Shown here one piece after another: positions 1 to 14,001 of a DNA stretch of 64,000 bases; position 1 is the first letter of the stretch, and every line of letters begins with the position of its first letter. A program made the position numbers and the translations under genes. Below the pieces are notes generated by a model, which was given only the letters and a program-made list of their open reading frames with translations, searched no databases and had not been told where the DNA came from. The stretch lies in the NCBI RefSeq assembly GCF_009914755.1, contig NC_060925.1. One strand, given 5' to 3'. The DNA is from the human T2T-CHM13v2.0 reference genome, Homo sapiens.

Positions 1-56
1 CTAAGATCCTGCTTTGCAGATCTGAAGTGGGACCCAGGAATCTTTAACAAGCTCTA
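1..56. mobile_element. MER5A-like hAT-Charlie fragment (cut by window start)
   Basis: gtgggacccaggaatctttaacaagctc resembles the MER5A core ggggcccaggaatctgcattttaacaagctc. Confidence 0.5.
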
Positions 57-206
57 AGCCTGCCGAGTGCCTGCGATTGCAGGCACGCGCCGCCACGCCT
101 GACTGGTTTTGGTGGAGACGGGGTTTCGCTGTGTTGGCCGGGTCTCCAGCCCCTAACCGCGAGTGATCCGCCAGCCTTGGCCTCCCGAGGTGCCGGGATT
201 GCAGAC
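57..206 (+). mobile_element. Isolated SVA Alu-like-domain fragment (SVA_F/E-like)
   Basis: gcctgccgagtgcctgcgattgcaggcacgcgccgccacgcctgactggttttggtggagacgggg...ccctaaccgcgagtgatccgcc...gaggtgccgggattgcagac matches the SVA Alu-like region; 14 CpGs in 150 bp; no hexamer, VNTR, SINE-R or polyA. Confidence 0.9.
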
Positions 207-506
207 ATACAGATATTCTTTTACTTGTTCTGGAGAAAATAGAATTTTAGAAATTCATAACAGCCATCTTTTTTAAAGTATCTGTTTATCTTGTAAATAT
301 ACATATTCCTGTACATATTGTTTGAATTCCATTACAGACATTATTATGAATGGTTCATATATATTTTGATAATGACTTATATAATATCAAATCCACTTAT
401 AAACATAGTATTTGGGCAGAAATTGTCATGATGAATTAGATGATCTCTAAAGTTTTTTCTAGCTTTAATATGAGGTGATTCTAAGTAGCAGGTACAATGG
501 ACAATA

Positions 507-562
<56 letters not shown>
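507..562. repeat. (TG)n(TA)n microsatellite
   Basis: About 6 TG units followed by about 22 TA units, seen directly. Confidence 0.97.
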
Positions 563-566
<4 letters not shown>

Positions 567-932
567 AAATGGACTCTATAGTTAGAAGCTATTTTTGCAG
601 TTAATAAAAATACTCCATTGCAAATCAATTACTGCACTCATTTTCATGATGCAAACTGTAAGGTTTATTAGTAATAATAATAACCTCCATGGAAACAAAA
701 TAGAAAAAAAAAAACCAATTGAAAGAAAATTTTCACTGAATTTAAGAAATATCAACAAACTCTGTGTTCTTTTCTTTTAAAAACATTATTTCTGTTTCAT
801 TAAATTTCTAAAGTAACCTTTCAAAACAAACATTATTTCTACTTTAAAAATTAAAAACCACCAACAAACCACCGCCACAACAACATACTACTAAGGAAAA
901 GCCTCAAAACATGCCTTAGCGCCGGATGAATA

Positions 933-1452
933 CAGCAGTCCTCACTTATCTGAGGTTTTTCTTTCTGTGATTACAGTTACCCTTGGTCAACCTTGGTCCA
1001 AAAATATTAGATGAAAAATTCCAGAGATAAACAATTTGCAAGTTTTAGATTTGCAGTGTACTGAGTAGCTTGATGAAATCTCACACTATCCTGCTCTCTC
1101 TGGCCTGGAACATGAAACATCTCTTTGTATACCATATCCACACCATATGCATTACTGTCTTGGTTATCAGATTGACTATTGCAGTGCTTGTGTTCAAGTA
1201 ACCCTTATTTACTTAATAAGGTCCCAAAGCGCAAGTGTTGTGATGGTAGCATATTGTTATAAAGGTTCTATTTTATTATTAGTGATTATGGTTAACCTCT
1301 GACTGTGTCTAATTTATAAATTAAACTTTATCACAGGTATGTATGTTCAGGAAAACAACATAGTATACACACAAGGTTCAGTTTTATCTATGGTTTTAGG
1401 CATCCAGTGGGGGTCCTGGAACATATCCCCCTTGGATAAGGGGCAACTACCG
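933..1452 (+). mobile_element. MER44 (Tigger7-derived) DNA transposon, probably MER44B
   Basis: TIR-like ends cagcagtcctcacttatc...gataaggggcaactac; internal ggtcaaccttggtccaaaaatatt and gaacatatcccc motifs. Confidence 0.8.
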
Positions 1453-2139
1453 CACTCCTTTTCCAACTTGGGAGCCAGATCTTCAAACATAAAGTGCAAG
1501 GACTCATCATTTATTCTCTTTAGTTCTCCCTTCACTCAAAGGAAATTTAAAATTGCAAAATGAGTTCTCCATTCATGGTCTTATTTTAACAGTCTAGAAT
1601 ATCAGGCTCAAAATTGCGTGTTTACTCTGAATCTGTATTAGTGAAGATGACTGGTGGAAATCACTGAAAGAGAGAAGGATACGCTGTATTTAATTGTCTT
1701 TATAGTAGATAATTCAAAACCTTATGTACTTTGAACTATTTTACATTAACACAATAATACATAAACAGTGAATCACCATTCTTTCCCCTAAGGTAAAATT
1801 TTTAAAATTATATTATCAAAAGGACTACTTGTGGACTCACAGTTTGGATCTCTGTGCCTGGTGTCCTTGTTGAGTGGGTGAGAATCCCTGTCTACTGAAC
1901 TCGTCTTGAACTTCAATAGGTTTAAGCTCAGATTTAAAATCTCCAGATATTGATGACCCTTGCAGAAATAGCTCTGAACAAGTAATAGGATTGACAGAAT
2001 TAGCAAGGCCAGTTCATTAATAATAAGGCAAAACCAAACAAAGAGTAGTCAGTTTATATTTTACAGAACACATTGAATAGATGAGAGACAGAGGTCATTA
2101 TTAGTACTATTTATCGCAATAACATGAGTTGTATTCATT

Positions 2140-2310
2140 AGTCCCATAATCATCTACTGAGCACCTACTTTGTGTGAAACAAGCAGTAGCTAGGCACTAG
2201 GGTACAAAGACAAATAAACCCTATTTCCTATATCGTGAGGCTTGCAGTCTAGTGGGGGAGACAGGTAAGTAAAAAGATAATCACAATGAAGTGCTATGAT
2301 TACTACAACA
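2140..2310 (-). mobile_element. L2 3' end fragment
   Basis: ctactgagcacctact...ctaggcactaggg...cttgcagtctagtgggggagacag is the antisense L2 3' end. Confidence 0.7.
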
Positions 2311-3825
2311 TTGGGAGGAATAAGAGAGATACTATGATTTTCATCTTCTCTTACTACAGGCTTTTAATACAATTTTTTCAGATGGGCTGTCTTTACAGAT
2401 CTACTTGCTTTCTGGATTCTAGTTTTATTGGCATTTTCTCCTTTTCACTTCTCCTTATTGTTTCTGGTTTTTACCATTAAAAATTCCTTTCCTGCTGTTT
2501 TTTAATGGAGTTTTGAGATGTAGGGGAAGTAGATGCATGTGTTTAATCTTCCATTTTTCCTAACATCTTTCATCCTCACAGCCAAATTCTCATCTAACTT
2601 TGCCAAAGTAGGAGATTTAATTTACTCTAAGCTTAAAACTGGAAATTTTTAATTAGCAAGAGGACAAAATTTTTAATATTAATGGCAATTAAAATGAACA
2701 CATTTAGATTTTTAAATTATAAGGTTTAGTCATATGTAGCTTCACCCAGAAACTTTAAGTGGATCTTAATGCAATTTAAACAGTGATAGTGTCTAAATAA
2801 ATTTTAATAGTTATGTTTTATTATACTAAATTAATTTGTCATTTATTTACTCTTTGTTAGTAAGAGGGAAACCTGTCACATTTCAGAACTTTGTTTGCTT
2901 ATATATTTTTTATTGTAGAATTTGATTTCAAGAATAGAGAAGAGTACATAAAATTTACAATATTTAAGAGAGTCACAACCATAAATATTTTCAAAGAGAT
3001 TCTTCCAGAAATCAAAGTATTTTCTAAATTAACTTTCATTTTCATCCTTAAATCAAATTTTTACCTCCCATTTAGCAGGTTTCATGTTCCAGTTTGTGTG
3101 CTATACATATGCTTTTCAACAGAGTTTCTCAGGGCAATTCACTTTCAGTTTTTATGAACTGAGTGTTTTCTCTCTAGCTAAAGAATCTAGAATGTAGTCA
3201 GGTGCAATACAAATGTAACTTAAAAGATGCCTTCTGATGGCAAATGTGAAGAAATTTAATATTTCAGTTTGATGATAAAAAATGTCATAGTGGTTTTAAC
3301 ATTCAAAAAATATGTTTTAAGTTACTGTCAAATATAGCTTGGTACTCATATGTTCAAATATGTAATATAGGCACAAGCATAGAGACTTAACGGTAAAAAA
3401 AAAATTACTATAGCAATTCCTATCCTACCCCCACCTTCCCAACACAGATATTTCCATAATTTGCTTTTTATTTTGTGCTATCTCTGGCACCTGTTCACTG
3501 GAGGGATTTGGGGTCATTACGGACATCACACACTTGCCTACAATTTGGACAAGCATATCTGATCTAATTGCTTCAATTATGAATTGAGTAATTTTTGTAG
3601 ATCATGAAAACTTGTCAAGAGTCAAAGCCCAAAAGGTCATTATTTCACACATATGATTCTTGATTGATGTAAAAACATTTAAAAGTATTAGAATTATATG
3701 TTGATATAGTGTTTAGATTTTTATATATGATTTTACATCCAATTTTAAGAATACTAAATACTTTACAAGGCACAAACATTATAAACCAGCTGAAAATAAT
3801 CTTAGAAAACAGAAATAAAAATATT

Positions 3826-3975
3826 AATAATTAGGACACTTTCTGAGTGCTCATCATGCCAGGTCAGGTACTAATTGTTTACTTCGCATAATCTTTACAA
3901 CAATCCCCTGAGGTAGGTCAAGTATAATTTTATAGATGAGGAGACAGGCTTGGATAAGTTTTATAACTTATCTAA
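3826..3975 (-). mobile_element. MIR
   Basis: acaatcccctgaggtagg...ttttatagatgaggagacaggct is the MIR core in antisense. Confidence 0.7.
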
Positions 3976-4249
3976 CTGATGCATTTATTCCCCAATATTA
4001 GTGGAATGCCTACTGTGTGAAAGCACTCTTCTGTGGACAAGGTACTTCTATATACAGCAGCAAGAAAACAGTTTTTATGTTTCAAATGTTGACATTATGT
4101 CCATGCAGACCCCAGCGTTCGAATTCAGGTATGACTTAATTCCATGGTCCACACTGTTAACCAGTAAAGTCTCCTGTTTAGGGCAGATTAAATTACCTGC
4201 TCTAAAAAGATGAAATTACAGAATTTTCTTTAAATCCTAAACAGCCTTC

Positions 4250-5000
4250 AGTGTAGATTCTTCTGGTTCCAAGGCTGTCATATATATCTACTTGCTCTTT
4301 TTTTTTTTCTTTTTGAGCGTGAGAAAGTTAATTGTAAGGACAGAATTGAAAGAAAACCATGAATTCCTTAGGAGTTCAAGGACAGCTATACACTCTAGTC
4401 CTAGGAGAATGGAATGTCAGCTCAAAATCTTGGAGGATACAATGCTGGAGTAAACACCTTAGCAGCTGGGAGGGGTCTGTTGATCTTCCCAGTAGGGCTC
4501 AAATACCAAGATTGCGGCTTTCCATCCCACTAACCGCATGCACTGCCTGCCCCCAACCCTGCTCCTCCCGCCGTGGCTGATCTTCTGTCACTAGTTAATA
4601 CTCTTCCTAAGGCCTTCCATATCACCTTTACTTTACAGCCTGTGCTTCCTCAATATATATTTTCTTATTTGTTCTGTTTTCCATAACCCCCCTCATGGCC
4701 TTGACTCTACTCAAGACACCTATCTATAGAAGTTTTTTAAGCCTCCCATCTATTGATAACAGCTTGGCTATTTCCATGTTTCCAAATGAGTATTCTGGGA
4801 GAATATGATTTGTTTAGCCGAAACCATTTTGCTTCATTATGCCATTGGCATAATTTGGCCAAGGTCACACCCTTGGTCTAATCAGCTTTAGCCAGATGGC
4901 AAGGTTATGTGATCTACATAGGGCTCCCTTTCAGTAGGGGCTGGGGAACTTTTAGTAATAAAGGGTGTAAATGAAGCAGGCGCTGTGGCAGACATCGTTT
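4250..5000. mobile_element. Old MaLR (MLT1-type) LTR remnant
   Basis: Degenerate ggtcacacccttggtctaatcagc...ggttatgtga motif typical of old MLT1 LTRs; boundaries poor. Confidence 0.35.
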
Positions 5001-5129
5001 TTACTAAAAATAAACCTTTCCTTACTTTGAACTTGAAAACATGTCCCTCAGTCTTCAAATAGCAGAATTAAATTTAGAGCTGGAAGGGCATGTTTGGAAA
5101 CAAGACCATACTGCTGAAAAGACTTACCA

Positions 5130-6005
5130 GAATGAGATAGTCCTGTAATTTCTTCTGTTTAGGATTTTATTTCCCTTTTCCAATATGCGTTCTACTCTTT
5201 CTTGTCTGAATTTTATTCTTCTTGGTTGAGAAGAGGAAAGCAAGGTAAGAATTCCAGTTTCTCTTTCTCTTAGCAATTTATTACTCATGTAAAGAGGAGA
5301 CATATCTTCCTTCATTGTCTTCTTACTATATGCATAATTTTAAATCTTTTCAAACATATTTTTGAAACCTATTTTACTTTGGATTATAGTATTCTTAATT
5401 TTATTTTATCATATTTGATTGCATACCCTTTTTTCTACCTTTTTATAGTATCCTTTAACAAATCATATGGGCATTCACTGAGATGTTACACCATCAGCCA
5501 CTTTATCTTTCTCCTTTCCTAAAAATATGTGGAGATAGTTATTGTCAGAATTTTATTATCTCCTGATGTTATTTATTTTAGAGAGTCTTTGGCAAAAGAA
5601 TATATAACTTTTTTTTTTAAGAGAAGGGGTCTCATTATGTTACCCAGGCTGGCCTTGAACTGCTGGGGTCAAGTAACTCTCCTGCCTCAGCCTCCCAAGT
5701 GGCTGGGATTACAGGCACCTGCCTTCTGTAATGCTTATTGCCTTCTATATATCTGTAGCACTTATTCTTCTGTAGTCAGCCTTCCTTTTCTTTTATTTTC
5801 GTAGCTTAAGTCCCTTAGTTGTTTCCTTTTGAAGGTTTACAACACATCCTTGTTACCGGCTGGTTATTTTTTTGCTGGACAGAATTAACTCTGGAGTAGC
5901 AATTTAATGTTTTATCCTCCATCTTTTGAAAAATATTGTCAAAAGATGGAGGATAGAACATTATCCTCCATCGTCAAGAAATTTTTATTTGTACTGAAGG
6001 AAGCT
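5130..6005 (-). mobile_element. Old L1M fragment
   Basis: T-rich sequence with ttttgctggacagaatt...ctttgaaaaatatt resembling antisense L1M. Confidence 0.4.
5609..5722 (-). mobile_element. FLAM / Alu monomer
   Basis: polyT then ggggtctcattatgttacccaggctggccttgaact...gctgggattacaggc; single arm. Confidence 0.85.
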
Positions 6006-6009
6006 TCCA

Positions 6010-6368
6010 TGATAGTCCATTTGGTTTCACTAGATACAAAGGAATACCTGAGGCTGGGCAATTTATAAAGAAAAGAGGTTTATTTGGCTCATGGTTCTGC
6101 AAACTGCACAAGAAGCATGGCATCAGTAACTGCTTCTGGTGAGGCCTCAGGAAGCTTTTATTAATGACAGAAGGCAAAGGGGAGCTTGTGTGTCACATGG
6201 TGAAAGTGGGGCAAGAGAGACAGGAGGGAGGTCCCAGACTTTTTAACAACCAGATCTCATGTGAACTCCTTACTGCTGGGAGGGCACCAAGCCATTCAGG
6301 AGGGATCTGCTCCCATGACCTAAACACCTCCCAGTAAGGCCCCACCTCCAACTTTGGGGATCATATTT
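6010..6368 (-). mobile_element. MSTB-like MaLR LTR (truncated)
   Basis: gaatacctgaggctgggcaatttataaagaaaagaggtttatttggctcatggttctgc...gagggatctgctcccatgacc. Confidence 0.85.
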
Positions 6369-6714
<346 letters not shown>

Positions 6715-7338
6715 CACATATTCTTTTTAAAAAATCTGAGCATGTTTCAATTTTACTCCACATATTTTTCTATCTTCACAGGGAATGCATCCCAAATGCA
6801 ACAAATAATATGCTTTTCACATTCCATTATGCATATTTTTGCAGAAAATGAATGTTATTCTCAGAAGAGAACTCAAAAAGGATTTCTATGAAGTCTCTGG
6901 CAGAAAACCGAGAAATTACAAATGCAAGTGGTATTTTCATTTTCCTCTTTTAAAGACCACGATGTAACATGAGAAAACAAAATACCAGAAGTGAAAGGCT
7001 GACTCCACTAAAGATGTTCAATAATGAGATTTGATTTTTTAAAAAACACATCTTTTATGGGCTTTCAGGGCATGGAAACAAGATCAAGAAAGGTGTTTTT
7101 CTGGAGACTTTCCAATCAAAGCAATGAAGATTTAAAGTGGAATAAAAGGTAAATGGAAAAAAATACAGTAAGATATGAAAAGATGATTCCTTGAAAGACA
7201 TCAGAAACCAAGCCAGAAGAAGAGCAGTGGTAAAGATTCACGGGAATTAAGAAAGTTTGAAATAACTGGGAAGTGGTTTTAAATAAAGATATGAATGATT
7301 CAAAACTCAGGGAAAAACGGTAATAAAAGAATAAAACA

Positions 7339-7771
<433 letters not shown>

Positions 7772-7929
7772 TTAAAATCTCGTAACTATTATTTTGACTG
7801 GTATGCAGTACATCACATGACCATAAAATTGTCTAAGGAAATAATTAATGCTCCATTGCTTAACTATTGCTTAATTTGTTTCACTTACATTTTCTACTTT
7901 TTTTTTTTTTAAAGAAATAAAGAGATAGA

Positions 7930-8341
7930 GATAGGACATTATCTTAAGTGAAACAAGCCGGGTACAGAAAGACAAATATTGCATATTCTTACCCATAAAT
8001 AGGAACTAAAAAAGTTTATCTCATGGCGGTAGAGAATGGAATGCTAGTTCACAGAGGCTGGGAAGGGGTAGGATATGAAGAGAAATTGGTTAATGAATTC
8101 AAAACTAGAGTTAGACAGAAGGAATAAGTTTTGATAGCACTGTGGGGTGACTACTGTTAATAATGATAGATTGTCTAGAAGAGATGTGAAATGTTCCCAA
8201 CAGAAAGAAATGATAAATATTCAAGTAGATGCATATCCTAAATACCATGATTTGATCATTAAACATTGTATGCATGTATTGAAATATCACATGTACCTCA
8301 TAAATATGTATAATTATTCTGTATCAATAAAAAATAAAAAA
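7930..8341 (+). mobile_element. L1MA 3' UTR
   Basis: aagtgaaacaagcc...acagaaagacaaatattgcat...tatcacatgtacctcataaatatgtataatt...aataaaaa. Confidence 0.85.
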
Positions 8342-9562
8342 CCCAACTGTTAGAGCTAACAAATATATTTAATGGTATTGCAGGATAAAAATCAACATAC
8401 AAAAATAAGTTGTGTCTCTATACACTAACAGTGAACTATGTGAAAGGGAATTAGAGAAAACAATCTCATTTACAATTGCATCAAAAAGAATAAAATACTT
8501 AACAACTAAATAGATAAAAGACTCAGATCCTGAAAACTACAAGACATTGCTGAAAATAAATTGTAAAGACATCCCATTTTCCTAGAGTGGAAGATTTAAT
8601 AATGTTAAAATTTTAATACCACCTAAACCAATCTACAGGTTGTATTTAATCCTTATCAATAATCCAATTTTTTATATAAATAGGAAAAACAATCCTAAAA
8701 TTCACAAAGGACCCCAAATACCCTAAACTGTCTTTAGAAAGAACAAAACTGTAGGCATAACACTTCCTGATTTCAAAGTTGATTGCAAAGCTACAGTAAT
8801 TAACGTAGTATGGTACCCACATAAAGACAGACACATATAGCAATGCAACAGAATAAAGTGTCCAGAAATAATCCCACACATATATGGTCAACTGATTTAT
8901 AACAAGGGTGCCAAGAACACATGATGGGGAAAGAACAGTTTTTTTCAACAAAATGGTGTTGGGAAAGTGGATTCCACATGTAAAAGAATGAAATGAGACC
9001 TTTATCTTACACCGTATACAAAATCAACTCAAAATGGATTAAAGACTTAAATATAAAACCTGAAACTGTAAAAATCCTAGAAGAAAACAGGGGAAAACTT
9101 TGTAACATTAGTCTTGGCAATGATTTCTTGGATATGTCACCAAAAGCACAGGCAACAAAAGTGAAAATAGACAAATGATACTACATCAAACTAAAAAGTT
9201 TCTGCAAGCAAAGGAAACATTTAACGTAATGAAAAGCCAACCCATGAAGTGGAAGAAAATATTTGCAGGCCACTTATCTAATTAGGGGTCAATATCTAAA
9301 ATATATAAGGAACTCCTTCAACTCAATAGCAAAAAGCACATAACCTTATTAAAAAGTTGAAACCTTTGCAGAGCAGTAGTAAATTGAAAAAATAAAAAAT
9401 AAAAACTGGACAAAGGATTTGAACAGACATTTCTTCAAAGAAGACATACAAATGGCCAATAAGTATATGAAAAGATGCTGAACATTATCTGGGAAGTGCA
9501 AATCAAAACCACTTTAAGATATCACCTTATATCTGTTAGGATGGCCATTATAAAAAAAAAAA
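8342..9562 (+). mobile_element. L1MA/MB ORF2 3' fragment (degenerate)
   Basis: Translation includes YKINSKWIKDLNIKPETVKILEEN...SLGNDFLDMSPKAQATKVKIDK (L1 ORF2 C-terminal region). Confidence 0.9.
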
Positions 9563-10039
9563 CCAATGTCTCTTGTAAATACCATACAGGTGTGTACTGT
9601 CTATTCTATACAAATTGCTAATGTCTCTCTTTTAATTGGATAATTTAGTCCATGTACATTTGTTTTGATGTCTGATAGATTTAACACCTATCATTTTATT
9701 TTGTTTTAATTTTTTAATGACATTTATATGATTGAATTTTTGCCTTCCTCTCTTATTACCAAACTTCCTTTTGATTGATTATATTTTCTTTAATCCCTTT
9801 ACATTCCTTCTTCTATTTGGAAGACATTCATTATTAAAAAATATCTTTCAATGAAATATATTCAAAAAGTGCACATATCATAAGCTCATTGAATTTTCAT
9901 ATTTCACTGCCAGTCACCATTTGTCTTTGAGAGTAATCATTATTCTAACTTCTAACACCATATAGTCTATAATATGTATATTATATATAAAACATATCTA
10001 CATACATAGATACTTCTTAAACATAAGGAAATATGTTCA

Positions 10040-12390
10040 GTTTTACTCATAATATGAGAAATGAGAATATGAGAAAGTAAAATTATACTGATACTATTCC
10101 TGGCTTATCAGATAAGCAAAAATTCAAAAATCTTGACAACATATTCTGCTGGCAAGATGTGAGATAGCACTTTCGTACACTCCTGGTAGGAATAAAAATT
10201 GGTATAAAACTTATAGAGGAAAATTTGACATTATCTAACAAAATTACATATGTTATTACCTTTTGACCTAACAATTCCACTTCTGAGTATTTACCCTGAA
10301 AATATATCTCTAACTATATGAAAATGTATATGCACATATTTATTTATTGAAGCATTGTTTATAATTTTACAATATTGGGAACAACCTAAATGTCCATCCA
10401 TAGGAGGTTGGTTAAATTAACTATGGTACATCCATAGAATGAAGTACTATGGAAGTTTAAAAGAAAAAGATCTCTAAGGCTGATATGAAGTGATTTGCAG
10501 AATATGTTGTTAAGTTGGAAAAGCAAAGTTAAATTGTATGAAGTATATATAGCATGCTATCTTTTGGGTAAGAGAGAGAAGGAGATACAAGAAAATATAC
10601 ATATATCTGTTTATTTTTGCAAAAAGAAAAGCAGGAATGAAAAACCCAGAAACCAATAAGATTGGTTACCTACTAGAAGTGAGTGAGAATCAAGAGTTGA
10701 GAATGAGGTAGTGATGCCTCCCCAGGTATAATTTTTCATAGAGTTTTAACTTTTGTAATCTTGCTAATATTTTACATACTCAAACTAAACCCACAAAATA
10801 AATCTAATAAAAATCAGAGGAATCTAAAATGGAATACAAACAGAAACAAGTGAAACTATTTCAAACAAAAATACAACCACATTGAAGATGGGAGCAATGG
10901 ACCCAGGTTATTTTTTGATATAGTATTTTGGAAACTTAACCTACGAATAAAGACCAAAAGAACTATACACAAGTACTGAACTTTAATAAGTAGCACTGTT
11001 GTTTTTGATGTTGTAAGTTAGTAATATGTTACTGCTTTACATGTTTTTAAGGATTGGGCAACAAATAAATCGAGTGTAAAAGAAGTCTGATTCCTCATTG
11101 CTGACAGGAAGACAGCCATGGATTGGGAAAAGATTAGAGTGAATCCTGTGATGTTGGATTGGGATTGAAGATACCGGTATGAATTCACAGCTTGTTCTAT
11201 CTACCTGCCTGTCAGCTATCTGACTATCTCTCTGTTTATCTATCATCTATCTGTCTATCTATCATCTATTGAACCTATCTATCCACCCACCTATCTATCC
11301 CTGTCATCTACCTATGTATGTGTGTACATTTCCCAGCTCTGTGCACTAAGAGGGCCCAAAACAATGATACTCCAGTAGTAGTGAATATACTTAGAAATCT
11401 TGATTTCTAAACAATGTCTTCACTAAAATAAATCAAGCCATGTTGGGAAAGAAACTAGCTAGGGCTGGAACAGAAAAGTACAAAATGAGCCTAAGATACA
11501 ATCTTATGCCAAAAATTAAAGCATGCTAAAAAAAACATGGAGATGTATCAGAAGGATACAGGAACCAGCTTGAAATGGCTCCACTGGTCAAATCTGGAAA
11601 AATTTGAGCATCAAAATTATAATAATAATGGATTTAATCTATAGAATAAAGTAAGGACTTATGAGTATATACTGATATAAATAAATGGGGGAAAAGGAAA
11701 ATCCTATCTTTATAGTAAAATGCCAACCAAGATGTAGAAGGAATAAAGAGTTAAAAGATGACTATTAGGTAACCATCATGGTAATATTTCATTCAGGTAA
11801 GAATTATTAATGGATGCTAAACCTATTGTGTGGCAGTTTGATGAGGAGCAGGATATTTATATAGCCTCAAGTTATTTCCCCACAAATTATGTATAAATTA
11901 CAAAGGGAAAAAAATCAAATTTACAGTGGAAAAACCTGATAGAAACCATCTAATGACATGATCAGTTAAAAATCACCAACAATGAGATGAACTGACATCA
12001 TGTGCATTCTGATTCTGAAAAAGGCACAGCACAGCTTCTGTGATATTCTTACCAAAAATATGTAGTCTGAATTTAATCATGAGGAAATATCAGACAAAAA
12101 CAAAATTGAGGGGCATTCTACAAAGTAACTGGCCTTCTATGGGGAAGGTTGTGAAAGACAGAAAAAGAACTATTTCAGATTAAGGAGATTAAAGAGACAT
12201 GGCAGCTAAATGCAATATATGATCCTGGATTACAGGATTCTGGATTACAATAGTTCTTGGGTTTTAAGGACATTATTAAGACAATTAGTGAATGTTCTTA
12301 CTCTTAGGAAATACACACTAAAGTATTTAGAGATAATGGGGCACCACATCTACAAATTTACTCTCTAATGATTCTGGCTAAGGAAAAAAA
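10040..12390 (+). mobile_element. L1MC-type ORF2 end and long 3' UTR
   Basis: ttttgacctaacaattccacttctgag, acaacctaaatgtccatc, internal (TATC)n tract, aatctaatcatgagga-like motif, gatcctggatt. Confidence 0.75.
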
Positions 12391-12659
12391 TGTGTAAAAA
12401 TACACATTTAAATTTTTTTGTGACTTTTAAATTAGAAATAATTTTAAACGTACCAAAAAGTTACAAGGATAATACATGGAACTCCATAATATTCTTCTCT
12501 CAGATCCTTCAATTGTTAACATTTTATCACATTTGTTTAAAATTCTCTCTTTTGTAGTATTCTTACCTCTAGGTGTGCTTGAAATTATTTCAAAGTAGAA
12601 AACCACACAAAATTACAAGAGTCATTTTTTCCTATTTATTTTTGCTTGCTAAGTAGGTT

Positions 12660-12880
12660 AGCACATGACAGTGGTTAAGAACATTATTTTTAGAGTAAGA
12701 AATGCCCACGCTCAAGTCCCAGTTCTTTTGCTCATTGTTGTAGTGATATCCTTCTCTGGGCCTCTGATTCCTAATCTATAAAATGATAAGAATATTGACT
12801 TTATTTCATGGATGTGAGAATCTAATAAATGTAAATTACTTAATATAATAACTAGCATATAGTGAGCAGCTAATAATTTT
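12660..12880 (+). mobile_element. MIR
   Basis: cagtggttaagaaca...ctctgggcctctgattcctaatctataaaatg...tagcatatagtgagc. Confidence 0.65.
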
Positions 12881-13732
12881 ATTATCAGTATTTTTATTTT
12901 TGCTTCCTCTGCTTCCCTCATTTCTATGTATCTTTTCATGTGTCTTAATTCAAATAATTTTAGTGCCTACTTTAAAAACCTCATCCTTTTCTTTAACTCT
13001 GGGATGTTCAGGACTCATTTCTTTTATGGGAGACTACAGTTTAGCATGCTCAAACATCTGTATATCTTGCCTTTGAATATTAGAAATACATACCTTTATA
13101 ATGAACGTATTTGTATTATTTCTCTTTGGGGTTTTTTTTTATCTGATTTTTTGCTTTGCATTTTGAGTCTATAGTTTGGAACCTATTATTAAAATTTTTT
13201 ATTAGTATAGGACCTGAACATTTATAAAACTTGTCAAGTATTGAAAAATAAATAGAAAGTATACTATTTATTTTATTGGGTTGGATTATATTTCCTTTAG
13301 TTATTTGTTTATGCTTTTTCTGTCTTAAATTTTGGCTAATATAAAAATAACATTGAAGAGTTACTTTATTGAATTAAGTGAATATTTATTTCTTACTACC
13401 ATTGCAATACATTGTTGGCTTACCAGGGTTTACAGTTTCTTAAACTTCAAATTGCTGCTGAGAAAACTTTTGTCAGAAAAGGGCTAGTCAGTGCTATTAC
13501 AGATATTGTATTACGTGAAATCCTTCACTCAGAAAAAGTGAATTCTATGTATTAGTAAAAATATTACTCATGAAGTTGAAAGTATTTTGTGGCTCAACTC
13601 TCTGGAACTGAGCAGATGCTGAGTCTATAATTCAGTCAGTTTTACCATAGTTATTCATTCATTCAACTTATAATAGTAAAACCATTAATAGTCCTTGGAT
13701 TAAATTGTTCAGTGGTTTTTCTCCTTTACAAT

Positions 13733-14001
13733 CCCTGTCACCCAGGCTGGAGTGCAGTGGCATGATCTCAGCTCACTGTAGCCTCGACCTCCCAGAGTTC
13801 AGGTGATCTTCCCACCTCAGCCTCCCAAGTAGCCCGGACTACAGGTGCATGCCCCCATGCCTGGTTAATTTTAGTATTTTTTGTAGAGATGAAGTTTTAC
13901 CACGTTGCCCAGGCTGCTCTCAAACCACTGGGCTCAAGCGATCATCTTGCCTCTACCTCCTAAAGTGCTTGGATTACAGGTCTGAGCCACCAGGCCTGGC
14001 C
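13733..14001 (-). mobile_element. AluJ (no polyA tail visible)
   Basis: gctcactgtagcctcgacctcc, ttttttgtagagatg, gggctcaagcgatc are AluJ-type diagnostics. Confidence 0.9.
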
